Virus record (IMG/VR): IMGVR_UViG_3300009428_000004
Span: 10,467 to 74,466 of that record
From: a virus
Length of the DNA: 64,000 nucleotides
Direction: 5' to 3' (one strand)
Every line of letters starts with the position of its first letter. Within the stretch, counting starts at the first letter, position 1. A program made the position numbers and the translations under genes. Below are positions 62,696 through 64,000 of the stretch, in pieces. Below the pieces are notes generated by a model. The model saw only the letters and a list, made by a program, of their open reading frames with translations. It ran no database searches and was not told the origin of the DNA.

Positions 62696-62760
62696 ATTGA
62701 CCTCCTGTTAAGCAAGGGTTATTGTTATGAGTCCCCGAAGGCAACTCACATGTATTTATA
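62696..62760 (-). promoter_or_regulatory. Late promoter plus ROSE-like RNA thermometer leader
   Basis: TATAAATA, UUCG-capped hairpin, then CCCUUGCU-UAAC-AGGAGG with the UUGCU anti-SD motif. Confidence 0.7.
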
Positions 62761-62790
62761 CATGTTATATGGTAATGTTCCGAAAAAACT

Positions 62791-62979
62791 TCATGATATT
62801 TTGTAATACGTCATATTACTATCTGTAATAGTTGTGCCATCAAATGAGACATTGTAACTGAAACTGTACGATAAGTCTTTCACGTTAACATCAAGTTCTA
62901 GATGTTCAGGTGTTTTAAAATCCAACTCTAACTGCTCAGGATCTAAATCATAAAACTTAAAAGATGTCTGATACATCAC
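62791..62979 (-). CDS. Small hypothetical protein
   Basis: Repeated QLELDF / HLELDV. Confidence 0.45.
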   Translation of the reverse strand: MMYQTSFKFYDLDPEQLELDFKTPEHLELDVNVKDLSYSFSYNVSFDGTTITDSNMTYYKIS

Positions 62980-63551
62980 TGAACTCCTGTAGAGCCAAGA
63001 CCACCTGTTCGATCAGTCTTTTCTTTAGGCTCAATAGTAGTTTCAATAAACCACACTCTATTGTTTTTAACGATCTCTGCCTGAGCAATACGATCACCGT
63101 CACGTATCATAAATGGTTGATCAGAAATGTTCTGTAGCATCACATAGGTCTGTTGAACGTAGTCAGCATCGACAACACCTTCACAGTTTGCTACTGTAAT
63201 ACCAGATTTCCAAGCTAAGCCTGAACGTGGATGAATGCGTAGGGATTGATCTTCAGTGAGATCAAAGACTAGCCCCGTAGGAACTAATACTCTTTCTCCT
63301 GAGTATAGTACGCAACCTTTACCATTATTAGGATCAATGACAGACTTGCGCTTCTCATTGGATTGTCCATAAACTGTTAAGGTATCTGTAGGACGAATAG
63401 ACGCTTTTAGATCAAAACAAGCTGACCATTCTGTGCCGTATATAGGCATATGGGCTTCTGGAAAAAGTTTGAATATCTTCAACTCGCTGTCTTCTATCAT
63501 GTTGATAGCGGCAAGCATATCATTATCTCTAATCATAGTATAATCCTTCAT
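62976..63551 (-). CDS. dut: dUTPase (trimeric type)
   Basis: SACFDL, LVPTGL, RIHPRSGLA, GVVDADY, GDRIAQ, RTGGLGSTG. Confidence 0.95.
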   Translation of the reverse strand: MKDYTMIRDNDMLAAINMIEDSELKIFKLFPEAHMPIYGTEWSACFDLKASIRPTDTLTVYGQSNEKRKSVIDPNNGKGCVLYSGERVLVPTGLVFDLTEDQSLRIHPRSGLAWKSGITVANCEGVVDADYVQQTYVMLQNISDQPFMIRDGDRIAQAEIVKNNRVWFIETTIEPKEKTDRTGGLGSTGVQ

Positions 63552-63568
63552 TAAAATGTAAAATCAGT

Positions 63569-63964
63569 TTAGCGTTTTTTGCCTATGCTGTACTTAGCAA
63601 TAAGTTCCCACTCGCCCTTTTCCTTGTGAGGAAGAATTTTGATTTGTGATAGTGGAGCTGTTGGCTCTGCAATCATCTCAGCATTCAAAGGCTTAATCAA
63701 TGACCATTCTTCAAGCAACTTGACAATAGTATTTCTACGTGCCTTGTCCTCTTCTGAGAAGTCGTTAATCTTTCCGTCTAACATGAAAAGTTCTTTGAAG
63801 TGTACAATGTAGTACTTGCCCTGCTTGTGCAGGATATGGCAAGACTGATACAACTTCTGCTCTTTCTTTGAGGCAATACCTATACGAGTAAGTGTTTCTT
63901 TTACTTTAAGAAAGCTTTCCTCGTTGGGCAGAGTTACCTCTACTAGTTTCTCTAAAATGTTCAT
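63569..63964 (-). CDS. regA: Translational repressor RegA
   Basis: FLKVKETLTRIGIA...LYQSCHILHKQGKYYIVHFKELF. Confidence 0.97.
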   Translation of the reverse strand: MNILEKLVEVTLPNEESFLKVKETLTRIGIASKKEQKLYQSCHILHKQGKYYIVHFKELFMLDGKINDFSEEDKARRNTIVKLLEEWSLIKPLNAEMIAEPTAPLSQIKILPHKEKGEWELIAKYSIGKKR

Positions 63965-64000
63965 TTCTTCACACCACCTATTTCTTGTTGTTCTTTCATG
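63961..64000 (-). CDS. 62: C-terminal end of clamp loader small subunit (gp62), partial
   Basis: ...MKEQQEIGGVKK* with ATGA overlap onto regA; matches T4 order 44-62-regA. Confidence 0.6.
   Translation of the reverse strand, partial: MKEQQEIGGVKK

Noticed and set aside
1-64000. Alternative genetic code or integrase/prophage boundary
   Set aside because: Core genes translate full length with the standard code, and no integrase or host housekeeping block is seen.

Overview
This is a 64-kb segment of a large T4-like (gp55-type late promoter) dsDNA myophage genome, probably marine and infecting a proteobacterium (the host is inferred from DUF1127, a ROSE-like thermometer, curli-type genes and sigma70 promoters). 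Nearly all genes are on the minus strand. It holds the replication core (gp62 C-terminal end, regA, gp43, ligase, uvsX, gp41, gp61, rnh) and a nucleotide-supply block (nrdA with fused glutaredoxin, nrdB, thyA, folA, glyA, dCMP deaminase, dUTPase). It also holds a late cluster of head/internal-protein genes, lysis genes (GH19 endolysin, two spanins), two tRNA-Arg genes and many small early genes behind near-identical sigma70 promoter cassettes. Most notable: (1) a tightly coupled curli-type operon (two YvrJ-like membrane proteins, two small paralogues, CsgF, CsgG, a curlin-repeat protein, FecR-like) directly behind a terminator and a TATAAATA late promoter. (2) Five proteins with T4-like capsid-targeting N-termini, including a ligase-motif protein, a ParB-like protein and a nuclease-like protein, flanking a 1006-aa modular nucleotidyltransferase. 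(3) An unannotated ~160-nt structured RNA with its own late promoter and terminator on the opposite strand. (4) A second ~210-nt structured region abutting tRNA-Arg. (5) A ROSE-like RNA thermometer on hsp20. All family assignments come from motifs read by eye; no database searches were run.
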